Part shown: positions 19,703-28,755 of the stretch, one piece after another
Position numbering within the stretch: the first letter of the stretch is position 1
How the letters are laid out: every line of letters begins with the position of its first letter
Origin: an uncultured Flavobacteriales bacterium
GTDB taxonomy: Bacteria; Bacteroidota; Bacteroidia; Flavobacteriales_H; CAZUDW01
Length of the DNA stretch: 48,824 bases
Assembly (NCBI GenBank): GCA_964619305.1
Contig: CAZUDW010000006.1
Span: forward strand, 1-48,824
Direction: 5' to 3'
Position numbers and translations under genes: made by a program
The notes under the pieces: model-generated
The model's input: only the letters and a program-made list of their open reading frames with translations
Databases searched by the model: none
What the model was told of the DNA's origin: nothing

Positions 19703-20181
19703 TCATTCTTTCAATACCTTTGTTTTATAAACCTCATTGTCAATCGTTATGGAGACATAGTGCATTCCTTTGCGGAACAAGCTTAGGTCAACCTGGAGAA
19801 ATTTCTTCCCTTTTATAGCTATAAGTCTGTTTGTGCAGGTTATACTTTCAAATATGTCAACCATATTAATTTCCCCTTTTCGGGATTTGTCATATTCAAA
19901 AGTGATTTTTACTTCACTCTTTGCTGTTGGGCTTTCAACTCTGCTAGAAAGGGAAGGTTGTAAGGTGAAGTAAGATTATTCATAGACCTAAAATTTATGA
20001 TGTACTTAGCACACTCTTTTACTAATGCGGCTGAAATTACTTCCCGGCTTTCTTTAAAAGTTTCCTGGGTGATGTTGGAATTTTTCAAAACATCGGCATA
20101 ACTGATGATTGCAGTGATGATGACTGCTGATATTCCCGTATTGGTGATTTCGGTCTGGAATGGATTTTTTACAATTTTAAA
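19703..20181 (-). pseudogene. Decayed C-terminal fragment of a T9SS-sorted protein (frameshifted, no start codon)
   Basis: Two consecutive stop-free minus-strand stretches in different frames lack a usable start. The 19909-20181 stretch (~90 codons) is followed, after a frameshift near 19909-19915, by 19703-19915. That second stretch encodes ..GEINMVDIFESITCTNRLIAIKGKKFLQVDLSLFRKGMHYVSITIDNEVYKTKVLKE, which fits the T9SS CTD pattern. Confidence 0.3.
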
Positions 20182-20200
20182 TTATTTCCGCTTTTTTTGA

Positions 20201-20350
20201 GTGGAAATGGCTGGAAAGCGGGTGGCAGAAATGCTTTTATCAAATAAATTTTCAAATCAGGAAACCCGTATTTATGTTTGCATTGGAAAAGCATGCAAGA
20301 TGCCTGTGAACAATGTGGATGCTGCTATTGCATTAATTCGGGATATGTGA
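20201..20350 (+). pseudogene. C-terminal remnant of a DUF255/thioredoxin-domain (YyaL-like) protein
   Basis: A ~49-codon open stretch ends ..QETRIYVCIGKACKMPVNNVDAAIALIRDM*. This reproduces the characteristic extreme C-terminus of ~680-aa DUF255 proteins (..YVCxxxxCxxPV..). The rest of the gene is absent or frameshifted upstream. Its stop overlaps the GTG of the next gene. Confidence 0.5.
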
Positions 20351-21258
20351 TTAAACGGTTTGTTTTTACTTTATTTTCTCTTTTGGGAGCATCTTTGATC
20401 ACGATTGCACAATTGGTTTGTATTCCCAATCACAACACTGAGACGGAGGATGGTTTTTTCAATCCTGAATTTATCCGGTTAAATAAAATCAAGACTGTTT
20501 ACGGAGATATTTCGTTGAAAAAAACCATGCAACCTATTAAGCCGCTTGGGCTGGACATCAGGTATGAATTCTATTCTTCGGGAAAACTCAAAAATAAATA
20601 CGAAACCTATTATAAAAAAAACAGGATCAAAGATACGCTTTGTGTACATTATGAATATGATGAGAAGGGAAGACGAATATCGTCCACAAAAAATGATTAT
20701 TTCGGGTTCATGGAGTTAAGTTGGGAATATGACCCGGATGACAACATCATTAGTGAGACGTACAGCAGGATTGATAATGAGGGAAACTCAAAAAAGAATT
20801 TTTCTGCCGGCAGAAGATTGATCATCAGAAAGGAGAATTACAGTTACATAACCAATATAGCAGGGCAGATAACTAAAATATTTTACAACAGTTCAGGAAA
20901 AGAATATATGCGAAAGTTAAGCATCTATAACTCCATCGGGAACGTGACGGAAGAAACGAAGCGACTCATTGTAACCAATAAAAGGTCAAAAACAACATTT
21001 AAATATGATGATTTCAATCGTTTATCAATAAAAACCGAATTCAGTAAGATGGCCGGCACAGATTCTACTCAACTTTTGTATTCCTATGATGATATTGGAA
21101 ATATAGAAGAAGAGCGATTGGTGCAAAACGGGAAGCAGATTTCCTTAATTCAATTTCTCTATAATAAAAAAACAATGTTATTGGATGCAAAGCTGGAAAA
21201 AGACGAATCTAACGGAGATATTACCATCACCCGTTATCATTATGACTTCACTGAATAA
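20347..21258 (+). CDS. YD/RHS-repeat-like secreted protein
   Basis: GTG at 20347 gives a signal peptide (IKRFVFTLFSLLGASLITIAQ). Repeated YD-type units follow (HYEYDEKGRRIS, WEYDPDDNIISETYS, YSYDDIGNIEEERL, FKYDDFNRLS). The longer ORF from 20278 adds a Cys-rich, non-signal N-terminus and overlaps the DUF255 remnant. Confidence 0.65.
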   Translation: MIKRFVFTLFSLLGASLITIAQLVCIPNHNTETEDGFFNPEFIRLNKIKTVYGDISLKKTMQPIKPLGLDIRYEFYSSGKLKNKYETYYKKNRIKDTLCVHYEYDEKGRRISSTKNDYFGFMELSWEYDPDDNIISETYSRIDNEGNSKKNFSAGRRLIIRKENYSYITNIAGQITKIFYNSSGKEYMRKLSIYNSIGNVTEETKRLIVTNKRSKTTFKYDDFNRLSIKTEFSKMAGTDSTQLLYSYDDIGNIEEERLVQNGKQISLIQFLYNKKTMLLDAKLEKDESNGDITITRYHYDFTE

Positions 21259-21957
21259 TCAGAATAATTTTTTCGGAGTGCCTGCTTTAAACTCTTTCAG
21301 GTACAGAGGTTGAGAATATGCTATGTCTTCAAAATTGCTGTTAATATAAGCGTTATATGCAATGGGGATCATGTATTGGGCTGAAGGATAAACGTTATCA
21401 AGATATGTGGCATTGGGATACATCTCAATGAATGTCTTGCATTTTCCAGCTCCATTTCCACCAACAAAAATCGTTCTGTCAAGTAGCAGATCATGTATAG
21501 ATTTTTCGTCTATCACCTTGGGAACAGGTTTAAGAAGCGGGTTTAATTTGCCATCATACAATGCCAGATATACCTCCATTCTTCTTGCATCTATCATTGG
21601 ACAGAGAAAGTGATCTTTCGATAATTTCTCCTGTAGTTTCATTCGCATACCTTCAGCCATGTTGTCTAATGTGCTGACGGTGATCATTGGTATTTTCCCG
21701 GCATAGCACATACCCTTTGCTGTTGATAAACCGATTCTTAATCCTGTATATGATCCCGGGCCGATACTAACGGCAACTGCTGATAATTCTTTAAAAGAGA
21801 CAGTTGCTTCATCTAACACTTTGCGAATATAACCGGTGAGATTTTCGGCATGATGATATACGCCACTGCTTTCAACTATGGATAATATTTTGGCATTTTT
21901 AGCCAAAGCAACAGAACAGACATCAGTTGCAGTCTCTATGTGCAATATCAGCGACAT
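21259..21957 (-). CDS. tsaB: tRNA t6A37 biosynthesis protein TsaB (YeaZ)
   Basis: ILHIETATDVCSVAL, VSIGPGSYTGLRIGLSTAKG and the ~230-aa size fit TsaB. The start shares one base with the adaptor gene stop (TAATG). Confidence 0.9.
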   Translation of the reverse strand: MSLILHIETATDVCSVALAKNAKILSIVESSGVYHHAENLTGYIRKVLDEATVSFKELSAVAVSIGPGSYTGLRIGLSTAKGMCYAGKIPMITVSTLDNMAEGMRMKLQEKLSKDHFLCPMIDARRMEVYLALYDGKLNPLLKPVPKVIDEKSIHDLLLDRTIFVGGNGAGKCKTFIEMYPNATYLDNVYPSAQYMIPIAYNAYINSNFEDIAYSQPLYLKEFKAGTPKKLF

Positions 21958-23324
21958 TAATCTTTCTTTTCTTCATAAAGATCTTCTTTATCCACTTTTT
22001 CTACCTCATCGCCATCTCCCAGTTTCTTTGAAATGACAGAATAAGGTGCCGCTATAACTTCCTCTCCCTCCTGAAGTCCTGTTATAATTTGTATGTATTT
22101 ATCATCCTGAATGCCTGTTTTCACATCTTTTCGAACTGCTTTCTCATCTTTATAAATGAAGACACATTCTTTGGCTTCATCACTCTGTTCTTTATCGGGC
22201 TTTTTATTAAACAGATGTTTGCTCTTTTTTCCCTGGGATGCGGTATCAAGACGCACGGTCACAGATTGAATCGGAACTGCAAGGGTATTGTCAATGGTTT
22301 CTGTAATGATATCCACAGTTGCTGTCATCCCGGGCCTGAAAGGAGATAATCCCGGATTTTGCTTATCAACCAGATCTATATATGAACTGCGCAATATTCT
22401 GATCTTAACATTAAAGGTAGTAACCTGTTCTACACTTAATCCCTGCAAATTGGCTGAATTGGCTATTTCGGTAATGATACCTTTAAACTTGCGGTTCAAA
22501 TATGCATCCACTTCAATGTTGGAACTATCGCCCAAACTGATCTTAACTATATCGTTTTCATTGACCTCTACATTAGCCTCCATATTATCAAGGTTGGCAA
22601 TTCGCATAATTTCCGTTCCCTCTGAAAATTGAGATGTTCCTGCCACCCGCTCTCCTTTTTCTTTTTGTAGTCCGTAAACCGTACCGTCAACAGGAGCATA
22701 TATATTTGTTTTCCTGAGATTATCTTCACTTTCCCTGAGTGCTGCAGCAGCATTTTCAACACCATAAGCTGCAGCAACCACATTCTGCTCCGCAGCTTCC
22801 TCTTCAGCTTTAGCTACTTCAAAAGCAGAAACCGCCTGCTCAAATTCAGCATCCGAAATGGCTCCCGACTTATGTAATGATTCATTCCTTTTATAATCTG
22901 ATTCAGCCCTTATTTTTTGCGCTTTTGATTGTGCCAGGCGCGCTTTTGAATTGGCTAGATTAGCTTTGCTGGTATTGAGAGATGCCCTGGCCCTGTCTCT
23001 TGCTGACAGATAAACATCAGGGTTGATGACAGCCAGCAGATCACCCTCTTTCACAGATGCTCCCTCTTTTATATTCAGCTCTATAATTTCTCCGGAAACA
23101 TCAGCGGTTATAATGACTTCAATTTCAGGTTCTATTTTCCCATTGGCAGAAACGGTTTCCACGATGGTTTTATTAGACACCTCCTCAGTGGCAATTTTTA
23201 TTTTTTCTCTTCCTCCGCCTCCTTTCACAGCAACGATGATCAGCAATAAGACAACTACGCCAATTAATAGATAGATTAACTTTTTCCCTTTGAACATATA
23301 TCTGTTTTTCAAATGTTTAATCAA
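21957..23324 (-). CDS. Efflux transporter periplasmic adaptor subunit (HlyD/MacA family)
   Basis: N-terminal TM anchor, lipoyl/barrel-sandwich segments, a long alanine-rich coiled-coil hairpin (ARDRARASLNTSKANLANSKARLAQSKAQ..), and a beta-barrel C-terminal part. Confidence 0.88.
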   Translation of the reverse strand: MIKHLKNRYMFKGKKLIYLLIGVVVLLLIIVAVKGGGGREKIKIATEEVSNKTIVETVSANGKIEPEIEVIITADVSGEIIELNIKEGASVKEGDLLAVINPDVYLSARDRARASLNTSKANLANSKARLAQSKAQKIRAESDYKRNESLHKSGAISDAEFEQAVSAFEVAKAEEEAAEQNVVAAAYGVENAAAALRESEDNLRKTNIYAPVDGTVYGLQKEKGERVAGTSQFSEGTEIMRIANLDNMEANVEVNENDIVKISLGDSSNIEVDAYLNRKFKGIITEIANSANLQGLSVEQVTTFNVKIRILRSSYIDLVDKQNPGLSPFRPGMTATVDIITETIDNTLAVPIQSVTVRLDTASQGKKSKHLFNKKPDKEQSDEAKECVFIYKDEKAVRKDVKTGIQDDKYIQIITGLQEGEEVIAAPYSVISKKLGDGDEVEKVDKEDLYEEKKD

Positions 23325-23325
23325 A

Positions 23326-24738
23326 TTAAAAATCTATCGGTTTCCCCATATAAAAATCCAACACTTTAGTATTGAATACAAATTCATATTTTGCTTGGAG
23401 AAGATCTGACTTCGATTTAGTAAGTTTATTTTTTGCATCATTGTAATCTACAGCTGTGATCATTCCCACATCGAATTTCTTTTGAGCATATTTAAAAGAT
23501 TCTTCCATAGCTTCAGTCTGATCTTTTGTGCTCCTGTATTTTGCCAGTGCAGCTTTTGCATCAGCATACGCCTGTTGAATTGTCTTCTCAAGTTTATCTT
23601 TTGTATTCTCAAGGTCAAGCATTGCAGATTCAAGCCCGATTTTGGCTTTACTAACTGATGTTCGTGTTGCCAAACCATTGAAAATCGGAATGTTCATACT
23701 GAAATTTACAGACTGGCTGACATTATTGTCAAGCTGGTCATAAAACTTAATGGGTTGTGTTGCAATATTATATGAAGGAGTGAGGACGCTGGCACCATCG
23801 CTTGTAATTCCAATGGTATCATATCCATCAACCTGCATATCAGTTATTTCTGTTCTGAGATCAGAATATCCGGTGCCATAACTTGCACTAACATTGATCC
23901 GGGGAAACATACCACTTTTCGCTATAGATATAGTTTTCTCTGCCACCTGCACACGTGTTTCAGCAGCAAGCACCGATGGCTGCACTTCAGATGCTGTTTG
24001 AAATACAACATCAGAGGAAAGCAGTAAGTTTTGTGTTGTGTTAAAGTTTAGTACAGGTCTGATGATGGAAAATTCCTGGTCTGAAGGAAGATATAGCAAC
24101 TGTTTCAGGGTGAGAGTCGCTATATCCAGAGCATTTTGGGCATTTGTTACATTCAACTCTTCTGAAGCATATTGCGATTTTATATCCAACAGGTCACCCT
24201 GAGCCAGTTTGCCTGCATCTACAAGGAGTTGGGTATGCTCTTTTTGTTGACGACTTATCTCAAGTTGCTCTCTGGCAATATCCAATAGTTCCTGATCAAA
24301 AAGGATTTGCAAAAATGCGGAAGCAACACTTAGTGTAACATCGTTCCTGATTTGATCTGAGTCATACATCCCCGCCTTTTGATTCAGTTGCTCCTGTTTC
24401 AATTTGGTTGATTTTAAAAACCCTTCAAAAACAGTGAAACTTGAATTAAGCGAAAAACTGTTTGAACGTACTCTGTCTGTTGCAAATTCGTTTGACAATG
24501 GATCCAAAGTGCGCCCGAAATTATATCCATGTGAAGCAAAAGCATTTAATGTTGGCAAAAAATCTGCTTTTGCCCGAAGTAAGTTTAGTTTGTTGATTTC
24601 TATATTGAGCAGGCTCATTTTAATGTCCAGGTTATTCAGCAATGCATAATTGATGCACTGTGACAGTGTCCATTGTTGTTGACAAAATGAGAACTCTGCA
24701 AATAAAATCAAACCAAAGGTGATAACAATTCTGATCAT
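23326..24738 (-). CDS. TolC-family outer membrane efflux protein
   Basis: Signal peptide and duplicated OEP repeats with typical coiled-coil heptads. Immediately upstream of the adaptor gene (1-nt gap). Confidence 0.9.
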   Translation of the reverse strand: MIRIVITFGLILFAEFSFCQQQWTLSQCINYALLNNLDIKMSLLNIEINKLNLLRAKADFLPTLNAFASHGYNFGRTLDPLSNEFATDRVRSNSFSLNSSFTVFEGFLKSTKLKQEQLNQKAGMYDSDQIRNDVTLSVASAFLQILFDQELLDIAREQLEISRQQKEHTQLLVDAGKLAQGDLLDIKSQYASEELNVTNAQNALDIATLTLKQLLYLPSDQEFSIIRPVLNFNTTQNLLLSSDVVFQTASEVQPSVLAAETRVQVAEKTISIAKSGMFPRINVSASYGTGYSDLRTEITDMQVDGYDTIGITSDGASVLTPSYNIATQPIKFYDQLDNNVSQSVNFSMNIPIFNGLATRTSVSKAKIGLESAMLDLENTKDKLEKTIQQAYADAKAALAKYRSTKDQTEAMEESFKYAQKKFDVGMITAVDYNDAKNKLTKSKSDLLQAKYEFVFNTKVLDFYMGKPIDF

Positions 24739-24758
24739 TTAATATGCCTTAAACTCAA

Positions 24759-24766
24759 CAAAACTA
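24759..24766 (-). promoter_or_regulatory. Bacteroidota -7 box (TAnnTTTG) upstream of the TolC-family gene
   Basis: The minus strand reads TAGTTTTG, 21 nt upstream of the ATG at 24738. Confidence 0.4.
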
Positions 24767-24971
24767 ATCTCTATTAGGAACAAAACAAGCGATAATCAAC
24801 TATCGGAGAATACATTTCTTAGGCGGTAAATAAACAGGATGGAAGGAAGGCATCATATCCTCAAATTCTGAGGTAAATGATGTGACAGATAAATTCAGAT
24901 GCTCCCAGGTGATATGTGCGCTTTCTTAAGCATGACAACATCTGCCCATTTTACTCCGCATAATACTTAGT

Positions 24972-25261
24972 GGGGACTTCTAAAAATTAATCCTTTGTAA
25001 AACAGTTAATTATGATTAACTTTAAAGTATAAATCAAAGCGATAAAAAAATGTAGAAAAGACAAGAAAAAACTGGATTAGTAGAAGAATTGTTTGAACAA
25101 TTTACCTAATATTTAGAAGAACAACAACTCATATTTAATGAGGGTAAATTGGCAGATGCGAGTTTTACCGTAGCACCCCCTAACGCAATACAAGAGATGA
25201 GAACAAAAAAATAAAAGAAGGCAAAGGAGATAATTTATGGAATAATAAACCCACCTGGTGA
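24972..25261 (+). mobile_element. IS5-family insertion sequence relic A (left end, 5' leader, internally deleted and frameshifted transposase fragment)
   Basis: 24976-25050 is 75/75 identical to the reverse complement of 36972-37046. Downstream frames read M*KRQEKTGLVEELFEQF..NEGKLADASFTVAP then, after a frameshift, RNTRDENKKIKEGKGDNLWNNKPTW*. This is the region just upstream of the DDE domain in IS5-family (DUF772 + DDE_Tnp_1) transposases. It has in-frame stops and no catalytic domain. Confidence 0.65.
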
Positions 25262-25293
25262 AAAAGATATAACAATTAATAGAAACTAAAAAT

Positions 25294-25301
25294 TAGATTT
25301 G
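25294..25301 (+). promoter_or_regulatory. Bacteroidota -7 box (TAnnTTTG) upstream of the polyamine operon
   Basis: TAGATTTG lies 23 nt upstream of the ATG at 25325. Confidence 0.45.
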
Positions 25302-25324
25302 CAAACTTTTATTTTTATGAAAAG

Positions 25325-26731
25325 ATGAAAAATACATATTTTGATCTGATTGAACAGAGTTACTACTTCCCCCAGGAAGGATTTGACTTGCGAAACGGGT
25401 ATTTGACATTTCACGGGATTTCATTGAAATATCTTATAGACAAATACAATACCCCATTCAGGATTATCTATTTGCCCAAAATAGGCGAGCGGATCAGGAA
25501 AGCACGCAATCTCTTCAATAAATCGATAAGAAATAATGCTTATAAAGGCAATTACCATTTTTGCTATTGCACGAAATGCAATCACTTTCATCATGTGATC
25601 AATGAGGCTTTAAAACATAACGTACACCTGGAAACTTCCTCCTCTTTTGACATTGACCTCATCCTTAATTTGTATAAAGAAAAAACCATAAAAAGCGATA
25701 GGTTCATTTTACACAACGGCTATAAAACCGCGGATTACATCAAAAAAATCATACAACTTCAGCAAGCAGGATTTAATCATTCCATAATCATCCTTGACAG
25801 TATGCAAGAATTGGAAAAAATTGAAAAGCTATCTGAGAATCGGAAAGTTAAAATAGGATTGAGAATGGCAATAAACGAGGAGCCTCAATCTTCTTATTAT
25901 ACTTCACGTTTCGGGATCAGGCCTGTAGAAATGATTGATTTTTATAATTCGTCTATCAGGGGCAGAAAAAATATTGAATTGAAAATGTTCCATTTTTTTG
26001 TTGATTCCGGGATTAAAGACAGCTTATATTACTGGGGCGAATTCCAGAAAGCCATGAAACTCTACGTTAATTTAAAAAAAGAGTGCAAAACATTGGATTC
26101 TATTAATCTTGGTGGCGGTTTCCCGATCAGGAATCATCTTGGTTTCGAATATAATTACGAGTATATGATAAATGAAATCATTAAGAATATCAAAGAAGTG
26201 TGCAATAAGGAGAGAGTGATAGAACCGGATATATATACAGAATTCGGTCGTTATACCGTAGGGGAAAGCGGTTCTATCATTTACAAAGTGCTTGAGCAGA
26301 AAAGACAAAACGATACCGAGATATGGTATATTATAGATAACAGCCTGATGAACACCATTCCTGATGCATGGTCAATAAACCAAAAATTTATTCTACTGCC
26401 TGTTAATAAATGGAATCACGAATATCAAAGAGTGAATATAGGTGGAATAAGTTGTGATCATTCGGATTATTATAATTCAGAAGACCTGAATCAGGAAGTA
26501 TTATTGCCTAAATATAATAAGAACGATAAAGAAGCATTGTACCTTGGCTTTTTTTATACAGGAGCTTACCAGGATGCAATAAGTGGTTATGGAGGAATTA
26601 AGCACTGCCTCATCCCCTCTCCCAAACAAGTCATCATTGACAAAGATGAAAAAGGAAATTTTATTGACTATGTTTACAGAGATGAGCAATCAGCAAAAGA
26701 CATGTTTAAAATTTTAGGTTATTCCATATAG
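25325..26731 (+). CDS. speA: PLP-dependent (alanine-racemase-fold) decarboxylase, short arginine decarboxylase type
   Basis: Orn/DAP/Arg decarboxylase family 2 features: a candidate PLP-lysine context (FCYCTKCNHF), a Gly-rich loop (INLGGGFP), EFGRY, and CDHSDY in the C-terminal barrel. Followed 2 nt later by agmatinase, which argues for arginine as the substrate. Confidence 0.8.
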   Translation: MKNTYFDLIEQSYYFPQEGFDLRNGYLTFHGISLKYLIDKYNTPFRIIYLPKIGERIRKARNLFNKSIRNNAYKGNYHFCYCTKCNHFHHVINEALKHNVHLETSSSFDIDLILNLYKEKTIKSDRFILHNGYKTADYIKKIIQLQQAGFNHSIIILDSMQELEKIEKLSENRKVKIGLRMAINEEPQSSYYTSRFGIRPVEMIDFYNSSIRGRKNIELKMFHFFVDSGIKDSLYYWGEFQKAMKLYVNLKKECKTLDSINLGGGFPIRNHLGFEYNYEYMINEIIKNIKEVCNKERVIEPDIYTEFGRYTVGESGSIIYKVLEQKRQNDTEIWYIIDNSLMNTIPDAWSINQKFILLPVNKWNHEYQRVNIGGISCDHSDYYNSEDLNQEVLLPKYNKNDKEALYLGFFYTGAYQDAISGYGGIKHCLIPSPKQVIIDKDEKGNFIDYVYRDEQSAKDMFKILGYSI

Positions 26732-26733
26732 TC

Positions 26734-27588
26734 ATGATGCGATTTGGAGGAATTGAAGAAAAATACTGCTATTTTAGTTCAGCATCTGTGTTGTTACAGG
26801 CAGTTCCATACGATGGCACAAGCACATGGATTAAAGGTGCGGACAGGGGTTTTGAGGCATTTCTTGAAGCAGCTGAAAATATGGAGCTGTACGATATAGA
26901 AACCGATACAGAGGTTTTTAAAAAGGGTATCCACATCTTACCTGCAATTCGTGAAGATTCATCACCTGAAGCGGTCTTTAATAAGATATATAAGTGTACC
27001 AAAGAATTGCTGGAATCCGGTAAATTCCTAACATTTTTTGGCGGGGAACATGCTATCAGTATAGGCATAATAAAAGCGTTTTATGAGAAATATCAGGACA
27101 TTACGATCCTTCAGTTTGATGCCCATGCCGATTTAAGGCCATTTTATCTTGGCTCCAAATACAACCATGCTTGTGCTTTGCATGATGCCTACTTAAATAC
27201 AAACCTGGTTCAGATAGGTATCCGGAGCATGGATAGCAGCGAAAAAGAATTTATTAATAAGGACAAATGCTTTCTGGCAAAGGATATTGTTCATACATCT
27301 GACTGGTATGACGATGCTTTGAACAGGATGAATGATCCGGTTTATATAACATTGGATCTGGATGTGTTTGATCCGTCTATCCTGCCGGCCACTGGAACAC
27401 CGGAACCTGGCGGTTTAGATTGGTATTCAGTTACTGCTTTCATCAGGAAAGTGTTTGCTTCAAAAAATGTTGTCGGTTTTGATATCGTTGAACTGGCCCC
27501 GATAAAAAACAACAGGGCTTCTGAATTTTTAGTTGCTAAGCTTTATTATAAAATGCTGTCTTACAAGTTTTGTGATACAGTGTCATGA
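26734..27588 (+). CDS. speB: Agmatinase (ureohydrolase family)
   Basis: Mn-binding ureohydrolase motifs are present: GGEHAIS, QFDAHADLR, TLDLDVFDPS, EPGG. Confidence 0.9.
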   Translation: MMRFGGIEEKYCYFSSASVLLQAVPYDGTSTWIKGADRGFEAFLEAAENMELYDIETDTEVFKKGIHILPAIREDSSPEAVFNKIYKCTKELLESGKFLTFFGGEHAISIGIIKAFYEKYQDITILQFDAHADLRPFYLGSKYNHACALHDAYLNTNLVQIGIRSMDSSEKEFINKDKCFLAKDIVHTSDWYDDALNRMNDPVYITLDLDVFDPSILPATGTPEPGGLDWYSVTAFIRKVFASKNVVGFDIVELAPIKNNRASEFLVAKLYYKMLSYKFCDTVS

Positions 27589-27783
27589 TATACCCTAACA
27601 AGGAATGCAGGATGCTCAAAACTGAAATCGGTTAAAGTGATTGTGAAGGAGTTTTTTACAATGCAAACAATCTTATGGAGTCGGATAATAAAATGATACA
27701 AACACAAGCCAAAAATTGATTGATAAATAACGACAGATGATACAAGCATGAATTTTTATTAATCATAAAATACGCAAAAGCAC

Positions 27784-28755
27784 ATGAAAGGAGATATCAC
27801 GGATTTCATAAATAAGCATTACAGGCATTTCAATGCTGCAACTCTATCTGATGCTGCAAAAGGATATATAACTCTGCTTGATAAAAATGGAAAAATGCTT
27901 TTATCAATGGGAGGAGCAATGAGTACCGCTGAATTAGGCATCTCTTTAGCTGAGATGATCAGGCAAAATAAGGTGCATATCATTTCCTGCACAGGCGCAA
28001 ACCTGGAGGAAGATGTGATGAATCTCGTAGCTCATTCCCATTATAAAAGAGTGCCTGATTATCGGGATTTAACACCTGAACATGAAAATGAATTGTTGAA
28101 AAAAGGGCTTAACAGGGTAACCGACACCTGTATTCCGGAAGAAGAAGCCTTCAGGCGTTTGCAAAAACACATCTATAAACTTTGGAAAGATGCCGAAGAA
28201 AAAGGTAAACGATTTTTCCCGCATGAGTTCATCTACCAACTCCTTTTGTCAGGTATTCTCGAACAGTATTACGAGATAGATCCTGCTAACAGTTGGATGC
28301 TTGCAGCAGCAGAAAAAGATCTGCCGATGGTTGTCCCCGGATGGGAAGACTCTACGCTGGGCAATATCTTTGCTTCCTATTGCATAAAAGGTGAGTTAAA
28401 TCCTGCTACGATGAAAAGTGGCATTGAGTATATGATGTATCTGGCGGATTGGTATAAAGGAAATTCCAGCGGTCAGGGTGTGGGCTTTTTCCAGATCGGT
28501 GGAGGTATTGCCGGAGATTTCCCCATTTGTGTTGTGCCAATGCTGTCTCAGGACCTGGAAATAAAGGACACCCCTTTCTGGAGCTATTTTTGTCAAATCA
28601 GCGATTCTACAACAAGCTACGGCTCATACTCAGGCGCTGTCCCCAACGAAAAGATCACCTGGGGCAAACTCAGAACAGAAACACCAAAATTTATCATTGA
28701 ATCTGATGCCACCATTGTTGCACCTCTTATTTTTGCCTGTATTTTAGGCCTGTAA
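27784..28755 (+). CDS. Deoxyhypusine synthase-like protein (candidate homospermidine synthase)
   Basis: DHS-family blocks: SMGGAMSTAELG, ISCTGANLEEDV, and GAVPNEKITWGKL with the lysine at the position of the DHS catalytic Lys. Same strand as speA-speB, after a 195-nt spacer. Confidence 0.85.
   Translation: MKGDITDFINKHYRHFNAATLSDAAKGYITLLDKNGKMLLSMGGAMSTAELGISLAEMIRQNKVHIISCTGANLEEDVMNLVAHSHYKRVPDYRDLTPEHENELLKKGLNRVTDTCIPEEEAFRRLQKHIYKLWKDAEEKGKRFFPHEFIYQLLLSGILEQYYEIDPANSWMLAAAEKDLPMVVPGWEDSTLGNIFASYCIKGELNPATMKSGIEYMMYLADWYKGNSSGQGVGFFQIGGGIAGDFPICVVPMLSQDLEIKDTPFWSYFCQISDSTTSYGSYSGAVPNEKITWGKLRTETPKFIIESDATIVAPLIFACILGL

Noticed and set aside
19770-19973. ORF 19770-19973(+) as a gene.
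   Set aside because: It has no recognisable features and lies antisense to the stop-free minus-strand stretches that end in a T9SS-CTD-like sequence. It is most likely a shadow ORF within the decay zone.
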